Below, piece by piece: positions 42,866 to 53,362 of a stretch of 64,000 bases of DNA (position 1 is its first letter; each line of letters starts with the position of its first letter). A program made the translations under genes and the position numbers. Source of the stretch: Patescibacteria group bacterium (lineage in GTDB: Bacteria > Patescibacteriota > Microgenomatia > Daviesbacterales > UBA10151). The stretch lies in contig CALRFD010000006.1 in NCBI GenBank assembly GCA_943356485.1, positions 7,450 through 71,449 on the forward strand, in the 5' to 3' direction. The notes beneath the pieces are model-generated. The model was not told the DNA's origin, ran no database searches, and was given only the letters and a program-made list of their open reading frames with translations.

Positions 42866-43817
42866 TATTTCTCATAAAACAGTAATTTTTATAACCCTCT
42901 TTATTTTGGGTCTTTGGGTTATATATTTAATCAGGGATTTATTAATTATTTTGTTTATTGCGATTATTTTAATGTCTGCTTTAGAGCCGCTGGTAATCTT
43001 TTTTAATAGGTTAAAAATTCCCAGGGCATTGGGGATTGCAATAACCTATATTACAATAATAGCCATAGTTCTAGGTATTTTGGCGGCTATCTTACCTCCT
43101 TTGGTCGAACAAAGCAGCAGGCTTATCGTAAGTTCCCCTGCTCTTTTAGGACAAGTATCGAGTTTCACTAATATAGACAAGTCTGTATTCCAGTCAGAAA
43201 TAACATCTTTATCTAAAAACCTATTTTCTGTAACTCTGGCAGCCTTTGATAATTTCCTGACTGTAATATTTTTACTTGTAATTACTTTTTACTTATTACT
43301 TGAGAGAAGAGATCTAGAAAATAGAATATCAGGATTATTCATAGGAAATGAAGATCGCTCAAGGCAATTGATGACTAAAATTCAAGAAAAATTAGGTTCC
43401 TGGCTTAGAGGACAAATTTTTTTAAGTATAGTGATTGGAAGTTTATCCTACTTAGGGCTGGTAATATTAAATGTGCCTTTTGCTTTGCCGCTATCGCTAG
43501 TTGCAGCAATAATGGAAGTTGTGCCAGTCATTGGTCCGATAATTTCGGCTGTTCCTGCTATTTTTGTAGCGCTGACTATCTCCCCAATTTTAGGGGTAGG
43601 AGTTGGCGTAATGTATTTTATAATTCAGCAAATGGAAAATCATTTTATAGTTCCACAAGTTATGAAAAAAGCTGTCGGCTTAAATCCTCTGGTAGTAATT
43701 TTAACTATTGCAGTAGGTAGCAGAATATTAGGTTTTTCCGGGGCGCTGCTGGCAGTCCCAATAGCCGTAGTCTTACAAATCCTTGTGACTGAGGTTATTG
43801 AGCAAAGAAAAGTTTAA
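42849..43817 (+). CDS. AI-2E family transporter
   Basis: QQMENHFIVPQVM, GALLAVP. Confidence 0.9.
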   Translation: MPRKIDISHKTVIFITLFILGLWVIYLIRDLLIILFIAIILMSALEPLVIFFNRLKIPRALGIAITYITIIAIVLGILAAILPPLVEQSSRLIVSSPALLGQVSSFTNIDKSVFQSEITSLSKNLFSVTLAAFDNFLTVIFLLVITFYLLLERRDLENRISGLFIGNEDRSRQLMTKIQEKLGSWLRGQIFLSIVIGSLSYLGLVILNVPFALPLSLVAAIMEVVPVIGPIISAVPAIFVALTISPILGVGVGVMYFIIQQMENHFIVPQVMKKAVGLNPLVVILTIAVGSRILGFSGALLAVPIAVVLQILVTEVIEQRKV

Positions 43818-43872
43818 TCTCTAAAAGATAATAGTTTGTGTTTTTAGGGCTTTTAACATAAAATTTCTATAA

Positions 43873-44271
43873 ATGACAGAAAATATATTATCAGCTGAAA
43901 AGCCTCAGGTTACAAGAGAACAGGTAATTGATACTTTTAGAAAATTTCCGGAAAAAGGTATTACTCATCCTGATGATCTGTCTCTTGATGATCCAGACGT
44001 GATATCAGCTAATGGACTTCTCCATGATTGGGCTAATCAACAGGAAGTCAAAGCTCGAGAACTTAATACTCCCAAAGCTAACCTGGAATATCAACTTAAT
44101 AGAAGTACTATTTATGTTGATGCAGGCTTTTCAGATCCTGATTATCTGGATGAGGTTGCCAATGATTGGTTAGCACAAGATTTGCAGGAAGCGGAAGATG
44201 TCGGTTTGACAGAGATGGTAGATCGTATTAAGGCTAAAATAGAAGAGATAGAATCAAAGATTGCTAAATAA
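43873..44271 (+). CDS. acidic hypothetical protein
   Basis: 132-aa ORF; TAAAAT 8 nt before ATG. Confidence 0.7.
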   Translation: MTENILSAEKPQVTREQVIDTFRKFPEKGITHPDDLSLDDPDVISANGLLHDWANQQEVKARELNTPKANLEYQLNRSTIYVDAGFSDPDYLDEVANDWLAQDLQEAEDVGLTEMVDRIKAKIEEIESKIAK

Positions 44272-44277
44272 TATTTG

Positions 44278-44597
44278 TGCCTAGGAAGCTAGTAAGCCAG
44301 ATTCTGTTATTAGATGATAATTTATCTAATGCTCTTGATTTCGATCGTATGGCGAACAGCCTGATCGGTTCTAAGATTGCAGCGGGGAGGATTGCCCCTC
44401 GCTACGCTCAGGATAAACCCTCTACATAACGAGTACCCATTAGCTTGGTAGTTTCACTTGGCGCAACCCAAATCTTCACTGTTGCTCTAAACTGGGTCTT
44501 ACGACCTCCGTCTTACAACGGACACCCTTGTTCTATGCTGTCTGGACTTTCCTGAGCGTACCGCATGGTACACCCTAATCATCCTTCTTCCTAGGCA
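44278..44597 (-). ncRNA. rnpB: RNase P RNA
   Basis: P1 TGCCTAGGAAG/CTTCCTAGGCA; AGGAAAGTCC and ACAGAATCTGGCTTA (P4) signatures. Confidence 0.95.
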
Positions 44598-44632
44598 GAT
44601 GTATTTTACTATATAATGGGTTTAAGGTTCAA

Positions 44633-46168
44633 ATGCTCTCAAAAGTTTTAACAGGAGCAAATATTGGTTTGGATGCTGTCTCTATCACTTGTGAAGTAGA
44701 TATCACAAAGCAGGGATTACCCTCTTTTGTTATTGTAGGGCTTGCGGATAGAGCAGTTGAAGAAAGTAAAGACAGAGTAAGATCTGCTATTAGAAATTCC
44801 AACGCCCAGTTTCCTCAACATAAAATAATTGTAAATTTAGCGCCGGCTGATTTACCAAAGATGGGACCTATTTTTGATTTGCCTATTGCTTTGGGATTAC
44901 TTTTAGCTTCAGGACAGATTAGTAATCAATCATCCTCAACTATTAATTTAGACAAAACTTTAGTTTTAGGTGAGTTATCTTTGGACGGAACCCTTAGAAA
45001 ATCTGCCGGTGTTCTACCTCTGGCGCTTTTAGCAAAACAAATGGGAATGGAAAATATTATCGTACCTAAGGAAAACGGGAAAGAGGCGGCGATAATTGAA
45101 GGCATAAAAGTTTTTGCGCCTAATTCACTTCAGGAGATCATTAAAGCGGTGCTGGGACAAAAAGATCTGGAAGTAGTCAGGAGAACAGCACTAGATTTAG
45201 AAGAAGATTTAGAGTATGAATATGATTTTTCTCAAATAAAGGGTCAGGAACAGGCAAAAAGAGTAATGGAAATTGCTGCTGCAGGCGGACACAATGTTCT
45301 ATTAAAAGGCCCTCCTGGAGCTGGAAAAACCTTATTGGCTAGAGCTTTTCCTTCTATTCTACCCCCGCTTGAATTTAGTGAGGCAATAGAGGTAACTAAA
45401 ATATATTCAATTATTGGTCAGTTAGATGCAAGAGGAGCTCTTATTAGAAGGAGACCTTTTCGCGCCCCTCACCATAGCGCTTCACATGTTGGATTGATTG
45501 GAGGAGGAAATAATATCCGCCCGGGAGATATTTCTTTAGCTCATAGGGGAGTTTTGTTTTTAGATGAGGTTGCAGAATTTCCGAGGCATGTTTTGGAAAG
45601 TTTAAGACAGCCGCTGGAAGATCATCAGATTACAATTTCTAGGGCGTCCGGTTCGCTAACTTTTCCGGCAAAGTTTATTTTAATTGCTGCGCAAAATCCT
45701 TGTCCCTGCGGATTTTTAGGTGATAAAAAGAGAAACTGTAGCTGTATGCCTGGGCAAATTGCCAAATATAAGAGAAGAATATCAGGCCCTTTACTCGATA
45801 GAATTGATCTTTATCTTGACATGCCGGCTGTAGAGGTAGAAAAATTAGTAGTTGACGCAACAGTGGAAAGCTCAGTTGTTATCAGGGAAAGAGTTGCCTC
45901 TGCCAGAAAAAAACAGCAGGAACGTTTTAAAGGAGAGCCTTTAACTAATTCCGAGATGACAAATACTGAGATCAAACAATTTTGCAGTATTACTCAAGAT
46001 GGATTAGACCTTTTGAAGATGGCAATATCCTCACTTAACTTATCTGCCAGAGGTTACCATCGGGTGTTGAAGCTATCTAGGACTATTGCTGATTTAGCAA
46101 AAGCTGAGAATATTACTTCCGAACATATTGCTGAAAGCTTGCAATATCGTGTTAGGGAGGAAACTTAA
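44633..46168 (+). CDS. comM: YifB/ComM AAA+ ATPase
   Basis: VNLAPADLPK, GPPGAGKT, RAPHHSAS, RISGPLLDRID. Confidence 0.95.
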   Translation: MLSKVLTGANIGLDAVSITCEVDITKQGLPSFVIVGLADRAVEESKDRVRSAIRNSNAQFPQHKIIVNLAPADLPKMGPIFDLPIALGLLLASGQISNQSSSTINLDKTLVLGELSLDGTLRKSAGVLPLALLAKQMGMENIIVPKENGKEAAIIEGIKVFAPNSLQEIIKAVLGQKDLEVVRRTALDLEEDLEYEYDFSQIKGQEQAKRVMEIAAAGGHNVLLKGPPGAGKTLLARAFPSILPPLEFSEAIEVTKIYSIIGQLDARGALIRRRPFRAPHHSASHVGLIGGGNNIRPGDISLAHRGVLFLDEVAEFPRHVLESLRQPLEDHQITISRASGSLTFPAKFILIAAQNPCPCGFLGDKKRNCSCMPGQIAKYKRRISGPLLDRIDLYLDMPAVEVEKLVVDATVESSVVIRERVASARKKQQERFKGEPLTNSEMTNTEIKQFCSITQDGLDLLKMAISSLNLSARGYHRVLKLSRTIADLAKAENITSEHIAESLQYRVREET

Positions 46169-46190
46169 AATTTTTAGCCGATCTGAAAAA

Positions 46191-46223
46191 CGAAAAAGCC
46201 CCTAAAGATTAGGGACTTTTTCG
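46191..46223. terminator. bidirectional terminator between convergent genes
   Basis: CGAAAAAGCCCCTAA-aga-TTAGGGACTTTTTCG. Confidence 0.8.
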
Positions 46224-46274
46224 AAAATGGTTGCTCCTCAAAATAATTGAGGATCCATAAAAGTTTAAGATAGG

Positions 46275-46412
46275 TTAACCGCCGATCTTAAACATAGAAG
46301 TGCTACAAACTGGGCAAGTTCCTCTGTTTGCTTTTTTACCATTTTTCATGGTAACTTCTTGTACGTTTTCAGCATCTCTCTTAGCTCTACATTTAACACA
46401 GTACATTTGCAT
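46275..46412 (-). CDS. small CxxC...CxxC zinc-ribbon protein, DUF5679-like (not in ORF track)
   Basis: MQMYCVKCRAKRDAENVQEVTMKNGKKANRGTCPVCSTSMFKIGG; strong SD GGAGGTGA. Confidence 0.88.
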   Translation of the reverse strand: MQMYCVKCRAKRDAENVQEVTMKNGKKANRGTCPVCSTSMFKIGG

Positions 46413-46429
46413 GATGTTTTCACCTCCTC

Positions 46430-46699
46430 TCAAAATAAGTTAAAATTCAAAATATGGTTTTGTAATAAATGATATAGAATTATCTGTGTTCCGATTGCAA
46501 GAGTTGAAAAGAAAAATATTTTTAATAGATCCTGTTTTAAGTAAACTATATCTGAGGTTGAAACTTCTGTTTGTCGACGATAATTCTGATTCTCTGACGC
46601 ACTGATTTGCGGTGCTGCAGACTTGCCATAAACTTGATAGCGTAGGAGTTTTAAACGTTTTTCTAGATTGGATTGTTTTTTGGAAAGTTGGATAGACAT
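46430..46699 (-). CDS. small membrane-anchored hypothetical protein
   Basis: ATG 46699 after TTGACA-17-TAGGCT; C-terminal TM segment. Confidence 0.65.
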   Translation of the reverse strand: MSIQLSKKQSNLEKRLKLLRYQVYGKSAAPQISASENQNYRRQTEVSTSDIVYLKQDLLKIFFFSTLAIGTQIILYHLLQNHILNFNLF

Positions 46700-46800
46700 G
46701 CTTGAATACGCACAATTGAGCCTAGCACGTTCAAAACAGAGTGTCAAGGATCAAGTGAATAAAGTTAAAAATAACTCATTATTTTGTTATAATTTTTGTT

Positions 46801-47472
46801 GTGAGTGTAAATGTTGTAATGGTCAAAAATAAAATAGATGGTTCAAGAAAAGCTTTAGATTTGTTAAAGAAAGTAGTAAGTAAAGATACATTATTATTGC
46901 TATCAGGCGGCAGCTCCCCAACTCATTTATATAGGTTGATTGCAGATGAGAAAACCCTAAAACCTGGCGGGGTTGTTTTAATTGACGAAAGATACGGATT
47001 GTTAATGCATGATAAGAGTAATGAAAAAATGATAAAAGACTCAGGTTTGCTTTCTTATTTAAATAATGAAGGAATACCTTTTTGTGGAATTTTGGAAGAT
47101 TTAAGTTTGCAGGAAACCGTAAAACAGTTTGAAATAAAATTGGGTCAAATATTAAATAAATTTCCAAAAAAAGTGGCAATTATGGGTATTGGAGCTGATA
47201 GCCATACTGCAGGCATTAAGCCCGATTTAGAATATGATCATTTCGATTTGGTTACCTGTTTTGATGATGAATTAGGATATTTTGGCAAAAGGGTAACTAT
47301 TACTTTTGAAGGTTTAATGAAGATAGATAAATTTATCTTGCTTGTATTTGGAGACAATAAGAAGCAAGCTTTGCAAAATATATTCAAAAAAGAAGACCAA
47401 AAACATTTTCCGGCAGTTTTTTACGCTAAGGCATCAGCCGAAGTTACGATTATAACCGATATAAGCGTATAA
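46801..47472 (+). CDS. 6-phosphogluconolactonase family protein
   Basis: LSGGSSP, DERY, MGIGADSHTA. Confidence 0.85.
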   Translation: MSVNVVMVKNKIDGSRKALDLLKKVVSKDTLLLLSGGSSPTHLYRLIADEKTLKPGGVVLIDERYGLLMHDKSNEKMIKDSGLLSYLNNEGIPFCGILEDLSLQETVKQFEIKLGQILNKFPKKVAIMGIGADSHTAGIKPDLEYDHFDLVTCFDDELGYFGKRVTITFEGLMKIDKFILLVFGDNKKQALQNIFKKEDQKHFPAVFYAKASAEVTIITDISV

Positions 47473-47519
47473 TTGTGGTTGACAAAATTTACCAACATGT
47501 TATATTTAAAGAGTAACTT

Positions 47520-47981
47520 ATGTATTCGGCCTGGGGCGTATTGGTTGGTATTTTTTTTATTTGGGCTGGAGGATTAAGTTTTCTTATTTGGCAGCAAAAT
47601 AAATTTTTAAGATCTGTTTTTCCAAAAAATGGAGAAAGAGATATTAGAAAGAAGTTCGAAGAAATTTTGGGCAGTATCTTAGGATTTGAGGAAAGATTAG
47701 CTGATCTAGAAAAAAAAATTAATGAATTGGGGATCGATGGATTAAAGCATATCCAAAAAGTGGAGTTAATGCGGTTTAATCCTTATGATGATACAGGTGG
47801 TGATCAGAGTTTTGCCGTTGCGCTTTTAGATCGTAACGGAACGGGGGTGGTAGTTACAAGTTTACATGCAAGGTCTGGAACAAGGGTTTTTGCAAAAGGT
47901 GTTATAGAAGGAAAACCGGATAAATATCAGTTTTCAGAGGAAGAGAAAAAAATAATTAAAAAAGTATTAAATGAAAAATGA
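47520..47981 (+). CDS. DUF4446-like membrane-anchored protein
   Basis: RFNPYDDTGGDQSFAVALLD. Confidence 0.8.
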   Translation: MYSAWGVLVGIFFIWAGGLSFLIWQQNKFLRSVFPKNGERDIRKKFEEILGSILGFEERLADLEKKINELGIDGLKHIQKVELMRFNPYDDTGGDQSFAVALLDRNGTGVVVTSLHARSGTRVFAKGVIEGKPDKYQFSEEEKKIIKKVLNEK

Positions 47982-49165
47982 ATAACATTATTAAAATATT
48001 CCAAAATTTAACTAATATACAAAAGGTTTTAGTTCTCATAATCTTAGCAACTATTTTTTACGGTTTTTCAACCAGCATAGCTTATTCCCTATTTAGTAAA
48101 GTTTCATTTACCTCGCAAACTAAAACTTCAACCTCTGGTGCTTCGGTGCCTGCTCCTGCAAGTGTAGTTATGGAAGATCCAAATGAGCCAAAGACTGAAA
48201 GTTGTCCTTTGAATGGGTCGCTGCATACAAAAAGAGCTAAAGACTCTTGGGATCAAAGAAGACCTTTGGCTGTTATGATTGAAAATCATTCAGAAGCAAG
48301 GCCTCAGTCAGGACTATCCAGTGCAGATGTTGTTTATGAAGCTGTTGCAGAAGGTGGAATAACTAGGTTTATGGGGCTTTTTTATTGTAATCTTTCTGAT
48401 ATACAGGTAGGTCCTGTAAGATCAGCGAGAACTTATTTTGTTGACTGGTTAAGTGAATATAATGCTCTGTATGCTCATGTGGGTGGAGCAAATACTCCTG
48501 GTCCAGCTGATGCTTTAGGTCAAATTATTAAATATGATATTAAAGATTTGAACCAATTTAGCATTGGGTTTCCTGTTTATTGGAGGGACTACCAAAGATT
48601 AGGTCATCCGGTTGCAACAGAGCATACGATGTATTCAACTACTCAAAAATTGTGGGAGGTTGGTAGCAAGAGAGGCTGGACAGCAACAGATTCAGCTGGC
48701 ATAAAATGGGATGTAAAATTTACTCCCTGGAAGTTTGCTAAGGATGAAAAAGGTGGTGGTACAACCAGCAAAATCACTGTTAACTTTTGGGAAAGTCAGC
48801 CTGAATATGCTGTTGAGTGGAACTATGATTCTGCCTCAAATACTTACAAAAGAAAAAATGGAGGTGCCGCCCATATGGATTTGGATAATAATATGCAACT
48901 TTCACCTAAGTCAGTTGTTATTCAATTTGAGAAAGAAGCTAATGCTAATGACGGATATCCGGGGAACGTACATTTATTATATGGAACTATTGGTAGCGGT
49001 AAAGCCTTATTTTTCCAAAACGGAACTGTGGTTGAAGGTAAGTGGAATAAATCATCAAGACTCGCGAGAAGTAAATATGTAGATTCAGCTGGCAAGGAGA
49101 TTGAATTCGATAAAGGGCAAATTTGGATTCAAACTGTCCCGGAGGGATCCAAGGTAAGTTATTAA
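47978..49165 (+). CDS. DUF3048-like extracytoplasmic protein
   Basis: RPLAVMIEN, ARPQSGL, EGGITR, GPVRSAR. Confidence 0.85.
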   Translation: MNNIIKIFQNLTNIQKVLVLIILATIFYGFSTSIAYSLFSKVSFTSQTKTSTSGASVPAPASVVMEDPNEPKTESCPLNGSLHTKRAKDSWDQRRPLAVMIENHSEARPQSGLSSADVVYEAVAEGGITRFMGLFYCNLSDIQVGPVRSARTYFVDWLSEYNALYAHVGGANTPGPADALGQIIKYDIKDLNQFSIGFPVYWRDYQRLGHPVATEHTMYSTTQKLWEVGSKRGWTATDSAGIKWDVKFTPWKFAKDEKGGGTTSKITVNFWESQPEYAVEWNYDSASNTYKRKNGGAAHMDLDNNMQLSPKSVVIQFEKEANANDGYPGNVHLLYGTIGSGKALFFQNGTVVEGKWNKSSRLARSKYVDSAGKEIEFDKGQIWIQTVPEGSKVSY

Positions 49166-49219
49166 ACAAATCTTTATAAGGGTTTGTTTCATTGATTGCC
49201 TGCCTGAAAGGAGGTAGCA

Positions 49220-49810
49220 ATGCTGGAAGAACTATTTGTTTCAAGAGTCCGGGTAAAAATATTACAACTTTTTTTGACTGCTCCACAAGAATCTCTATTT
49301 CATGTTCGTGAGATTGTGCGTAGAGTTTCTGAAGAGATAAACGCCGTTCGTAGGGAGCTTGCACGGATGGAAAAGTTTGGCGAAGTTACTTCAGAATGGC
49401 GGGCGAACAGAAGACTATATAGATTTAGAAAAGATTACGTTTACTACAAGGAATTACTCTCGCTTGTAGCAAAATCTACCGGATTGGGCGGTAATTTAAT
49501 TAAGAATAAAAATAAACTTGGTAAAATTAAGTTTGCTTTTGTCTCAACTCTTTTTTTAAAAGGGGTTTCTTCCTCACAAGGTGATATTGATTTGCTGGTT
49601 GTAGGAAGTATCGTTTTGCCAGAGCTTCAAGCAATTATCGCAGATGAACAGGCGAAAAGGGAATCCGAAATAAATTATTCCTTTATGGATGAGGCAGAAT
49701 TTAAGTTTAGAGTTAAGAGAAGAGATCCTTTTATATTGCATGTATTAATACAGCCTAAAGTAATGCTGATAGGTGATGAAGATGAGTTATTAGAAGGAGT
49801 AATGGTATAG
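49220..49810 (+). CDS. winged-HTH plus nucleotidyltransferase-like domain protein
   Basis: N-terminal HVREIVR..INAVRREL; GDIDLLVVG. Confidence 0.7.
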   Translation: MLEELFVSRVRVKILQLFLTAPQESLFHVREIVRRVSEEINAVRRELARMEKFGEVTSEWRANRRLYRFRKDYVYYKELLSLVAKSTGLGGNLIKNKNKLGKIKFAFVSTLFLKGVSSSQGDIDLLVVGSIVLPELQAIIADEQAKRESEINYSFMDEAEFKFRVKRRDPFILHVLIQPKVMLIGDEDELLEGVMV

Positions 49811-49886
49811 CTTTAAAATCTATCGTCTGGATCACTTATCGCAAATCATGATATTGTTAACTAATCTTAAGGTTTAATATTAATAT

Positions 49887-51173
49887 ATGAAAAGCAACCC
49901 AACAATTTGGTTTATTTTATTTTTAGTGTTTGTTGCTTTAGTAATAGATTTTCCAACAATACCCAGATTTAAGATATTAGGAAGAAGTGTTGAATTAAAA
50001 TTTAACTTAAAGCTAGGTTTGGATTTACAAGGAGGCTCACAACTTATTCTGCAGGCCGAAACAGATAAATTAAAGATTGAAGATCGCGATGATGCTTTGG
50101 CATCAGTAAGGGAAGTTATCGAAAGAAGGGTTAATAATTTTGGGGTTTCAGAAAGTAGGGTTCAAACCTCAAAAATTGGCGAACAAAGAAGGGTGATAGT
50201 TGATTTACCCGGATTAAAAGACTCAACAGCAGCAGCAGAGTTAGTAGGCAAGACTGCCAAGTTGGATTTTCGTGAATTACCGGCAACTCTTTCTGCCCAG
50301 GCTACGGGGTCAGCGATAATTGCTATTTTGGAATCTGTACCGACCGGTTTGACAGGAGCGGATTTGATTAAAGCCAGCCCAACTTTTGGAGGTGGCCGAA
50401 GCAGTGGTCCTCAAATTGGTTTAAAATTTAATGATGAGGGGGCAAAAAAGTTTGAAGCCATTACTAAAAGAAACATTGGAAAACCGCTAGCAATATTCCT
50501 AGACGATCAGTTGCTTGAAGCTCCGACTGTTCAAGGAGAAATCATAGGCTCAGATGCAGTTATTACAGGTAAGTTTACAATAGATCAGGTTAAAACAATC
50601 GCTACCCAATTAAATGCAGGAGCCTTAAAAGTCCCGGTTAAAATTATTGATCAGCATTCTATTGGTCCGGAATTAGGACAGCAGTCAATCAACAAAAGTT
50701 TGGCTGCTGGAGTTATAGGACTTAGTATAGTTATGTTTTATATGGCTTTTAACTATGGTTTTTTTGGAATAATTGCAGATGTTGCATTAATTATTTATTC
50801 AATTTTAGTTTTGGCAATTTTTAAAACAGGATTGTTTATCTTACCACCAATAACCTTAAGTTTATCAGGAATTGCCGGGTTTATTCTATCAATTGGAATG
50901 GCAGTTGATGCTAATATTTTGATTTTTGAGAGAATGAAGGAAGAAAGAAGATGGGGAAAGAGTCAATTATTAGCCTTGGAGCTAGGTTTTAAAAGAGCCT
51001 GGTCTTCTATTTGGGCTTCAAACGTCTCTTCACTTATTACTGCAATCATTTTATATAGTATGGGTCAATCTTTAGTTCGTGGCTTTGCGATAACGTTAGC
51101 TATTGGAGTTCTGGTGTCAATGTTTACGGCAGTTGTAGTAACAAAGACTCTTTTAAAATTAATAGTTAGATAA
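49887..51173 (+). CDS. secD: protein translocase subunit SecD
   Basis: LGLDLQGG, GMAVDANILIFER. Confidence 0.97.
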   Translation: MKSNPTIWFILFLVFVALVIDFPTIPRFKILGRSVELKFNLKLGLDLQGGSQLILQAETDKLKIEDRDDALASVREVIERRVNNFGVSESRVQTSKIGEQRRVIVDLPGLKDSTAAAELVGKTAKLDFRELPATLSAQATGSAIIAILESVPTGLTGADLIKASPTFGGGRSSGPQIGLKFNDEGAKKFEAITKRNIGKPLAIFLDDQLLEAPTVQGEIIGSDAVITGKFTIDQVKTIATQLNAGALKVPVKIIDQHSIGPELGQQSINKSLAAGVIGLSIVMFYMAFNYGFFGIIADVALIIYSILVLAIFKTGLFILPPITLSLSGIAGFILSIGMAVDANILIFERMKEERRWGKSQLLALELGFKRAWSSIWASNVSSLITAIILYSMGQSLVRGFAITLAIGVLVSMFTAVVVTKTLLKLIVR

Positions 51174-51184
51174 AAGTTGGAAAT

Positions 51185-52060
51185 ATGCAATTTATAAGTA
51201 AAAAACCTGAATTTGAATATTTAAAAAACAAATGGGGTGTTCGTCAAAAAAAAGCCCAAAATAATTTTTGGGATAAACATGCAGATGCATTAAAACATAT
51301 TGCGCTAGGATCCTTAGGTGGATTGATCTTACTCTCCCCTCCTTCTCAGATTCAGATACCGGAACATAATTTATTGGTCAGCAGTGATGATATTATAAAG
51401 GGTTTTGATAAAAATATACTTTTAGCTAAAGTTTTATCTGATAAATTACCTGAGCCGGTTGCTCCACTGGATTCTAAATTAGAGAAAGATATTACTGATA
51501 TTTTATCTTCCCAATTTGGTTTTAAAGTTACGTCAGAGTTAGATAATATTAAACTAAACAGAAACTATGGATTTATAGGGGGAGAACAGCATTTATATCG
51601 GTATCCGGGAGATAATCTATATGCTCACGCTGAAAATGCGATTGATTGGGCAAAATATGGCGATGCGGGAGTGGCGCCTGGTTTAGGAGCATGGGGGTAT
51701 TTTGCTACCTCCAAAGAAGCATTTACAAAGCAAGATCAACAGAGAGAGCGTTATTATTTAGCAATTCAAACATTTTTAGCACCAGGATTTTCTGAAAATG
51801 TTGATAGGTATAGGGATTTTTTTAAGTTTAGAAAAATGCTGGTAGTTAACCCTATAACTGGACAGGCGGTTGTTGCGGTAATAGGGGACGCTGGACCAGC
51901 TGAATTTACAGGTAAGCATTTAGGAGGATCTCCTGAAGTTATGGATGCACTAGGTCTTGCGACAGGATCCAGAAAAGGTGCAGTATTGTATTTTTTTATC
52001 GATGATTATGAAGATAAAATTCCACTGGGGCCTGTTAAAGTAGCAGATACAAAGGCTTAA
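51185..52060 (+). CDS. membrane-anchored hypothetical protein
   Basis: one TM segment; C-terminal AVVAVIGDAGP. Confidence 0.7.
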   Translation: MQFISKKPEFEYLKNKWGVRQKKAQNNFWDKHADALKHIALGSLGGLILLSPPSQIQIPEHNLLVSSDDIIKGFDKNILLAKVLSDKLPEPVAPLDSKLEKDITDILSSQFGFKVTSELDNIKLNRNYGFIGGEQHLYRYPGDNLYAHAENAIDWAKYGDAGVAPGLGAWGYFATSKEAFTKQDQQRERYYLAIQTFLAPGFSENVDRYRDFFKFRKMLVVNPITGQAVVAVIGDAGPAEFTGKHLGGSPEVMDALGLATGSRKGAVLYFFIDDYEDKIPLGPVKVADTKA

Positions 52061-52094
52061 GGTGAAGTGTTACGATATAAAAATTAATTAAAAT

Positions 52095-52454
52095 ATGAGT
52101 CTTTTTTATAGTCATTTAATTGAGATAGAATCTATAATCGTAGAATTAGATCAGATGGGTTTAAGCTCCCGGGAAAAAACGCGCCTAGCAGCTATTTTAG
52201 ACGATTCACTGCACCACACAATTTTAGATGCAATATTTACTCAACTAAGTGATGAGGATAAAAAAGTTTTTGTAATGCATTTATCTAAAGGTTCGCATGA
52301 TAAGATCTGGGATTTTTTAAACAAGAAGATTGATCATGTTGAAGATAAAATTAAAGCTGTAGCAGAGGAGTTGAAAAAAGAGCTTCATAAAGATATATTG
52401 GAGGCTCGTAAAAGGCGAAGTTCGGTGGAGGCAACAAAGAAAACAAATGATTAA
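52095..52454 (+). CDS. hypothetical protein
   Basis: 119-aa helical ORF overlapping secF start. Confidence 0.7.
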   Translation: MSLFYSHLIEIESIIVELDQMGLSSREKTRLAAILDDSLHHTILDAIFTQLSDEDKKVFVMHLSKGSHDKIWDFLNKKIDHVEDKIKAVAEELKKELHKDILEARKRRSSVEATKKTND

Positions 52455-53334
52455 TCTGATGCGTTTTAAGGTTTTATATTTTGTTTTTTCTTTATTAATT
52501 ATACTGCCTGGCTTATACTATCTTCTAACTTCAGGATTAAAATTAGGGATAGATTTTACAGGTGGGGCGTTAATTGAATACAAATTTAATAAAAATATAA
52601 GCATAGAAGAATTAAAACAAGCCATAACAAAAGATGGTGTTGAAGTTGGTGGTATTAGCTTAACTGATAGCAAGACTTATATTATAAGGACAAAACCAAT
52701 TGAGCAAGCAAAGATCAATTCCTTAAAGGTTAATTTAAGCAGTAAGTTTGGTAATGTTGAGGAAAGAAGAGTAGAAAATGTAGGTCCTGTGATAGGGTCA
52801 GAATTAAAACAAAAAGCAACCTTAGCCCTAATATTATCTTCCTTGGCGATAGTTTTGTATATAGCATTTTCTTTTAGAAAAATACCAAAGCCAGAGTCTT
52901 CTTTACGGTTTGGTATAGCCGCAGTTGTTGCATTAATTCATGATATTTTGGTTGTAGTAGGAATTTTTGCTATTTTAGGAAAATATTGGGGAGTTGAGAT
53001 AGACACACTTTTTGTAACAGCATTACTAACTATAGTTGGTTTTTCAGTACATGACACCATTGTTGTTTTTGATAGAATCAGGGAGAACTTAACAAAAAAT
53101 ATTGGGAAAAAATTTATTGATGTGGCAAATATTTCTGTGGTACAAACCTTAGGCAGGTCTTTGAATACCTCCTTAACAGTTATTTTTGTTCTTTTAGCAT
53201 TACTACTTTTTGGAGGTGAAACCATAAAATGGTTTGTCTTTGCCCTTTTAGTTGGAATTATCTCTGGGACTTATTCCTCAATTTTTAATGCTACAGCTTT
53301 ACTGGTTTGGTGGGAAGAAAAATTAGGTCATTAA
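52447..53334 (+). CDS. secF: protein translocase subunit SecF
   Basis: LGIDFTGG, DTIVVFDRIRE. Confidence 0.97.
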   Translation: MINLMRFKVLYFVFSLLIILPGLYYLLTSGLKLGIDFTGGALIEYKFNKNISIEELKQAITKDGVEVGGISLTDSKTYIIRTKPIEQAKINSLKVNLSSKFGNVEERRVENVGPVIGSELKQKATLALILSSLAIVLYIAFSFRKIPKPESSLRFGIAAVVALIHDILVVVGIFAILGKYWGVEIDTLFVTALLTIVGFSVHDTIVVFDRIRENLTKNIGKKFIDVANISVVQTLGRSLNTSLTVIFVLLALLLFGGETIKWFVFALLVGIISGTYSSIFNATALLVWWEEKLGH

Positions 53335-53362
53335 TTAGAATCAAGCTACTAGAATTTAGAAT

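Noticed and set aside
46440-46715. Alternative-frame ORF overlapping 46430-46699
   Set aside because: The other frame has a plausible ATG, promoter spacing and TM segment
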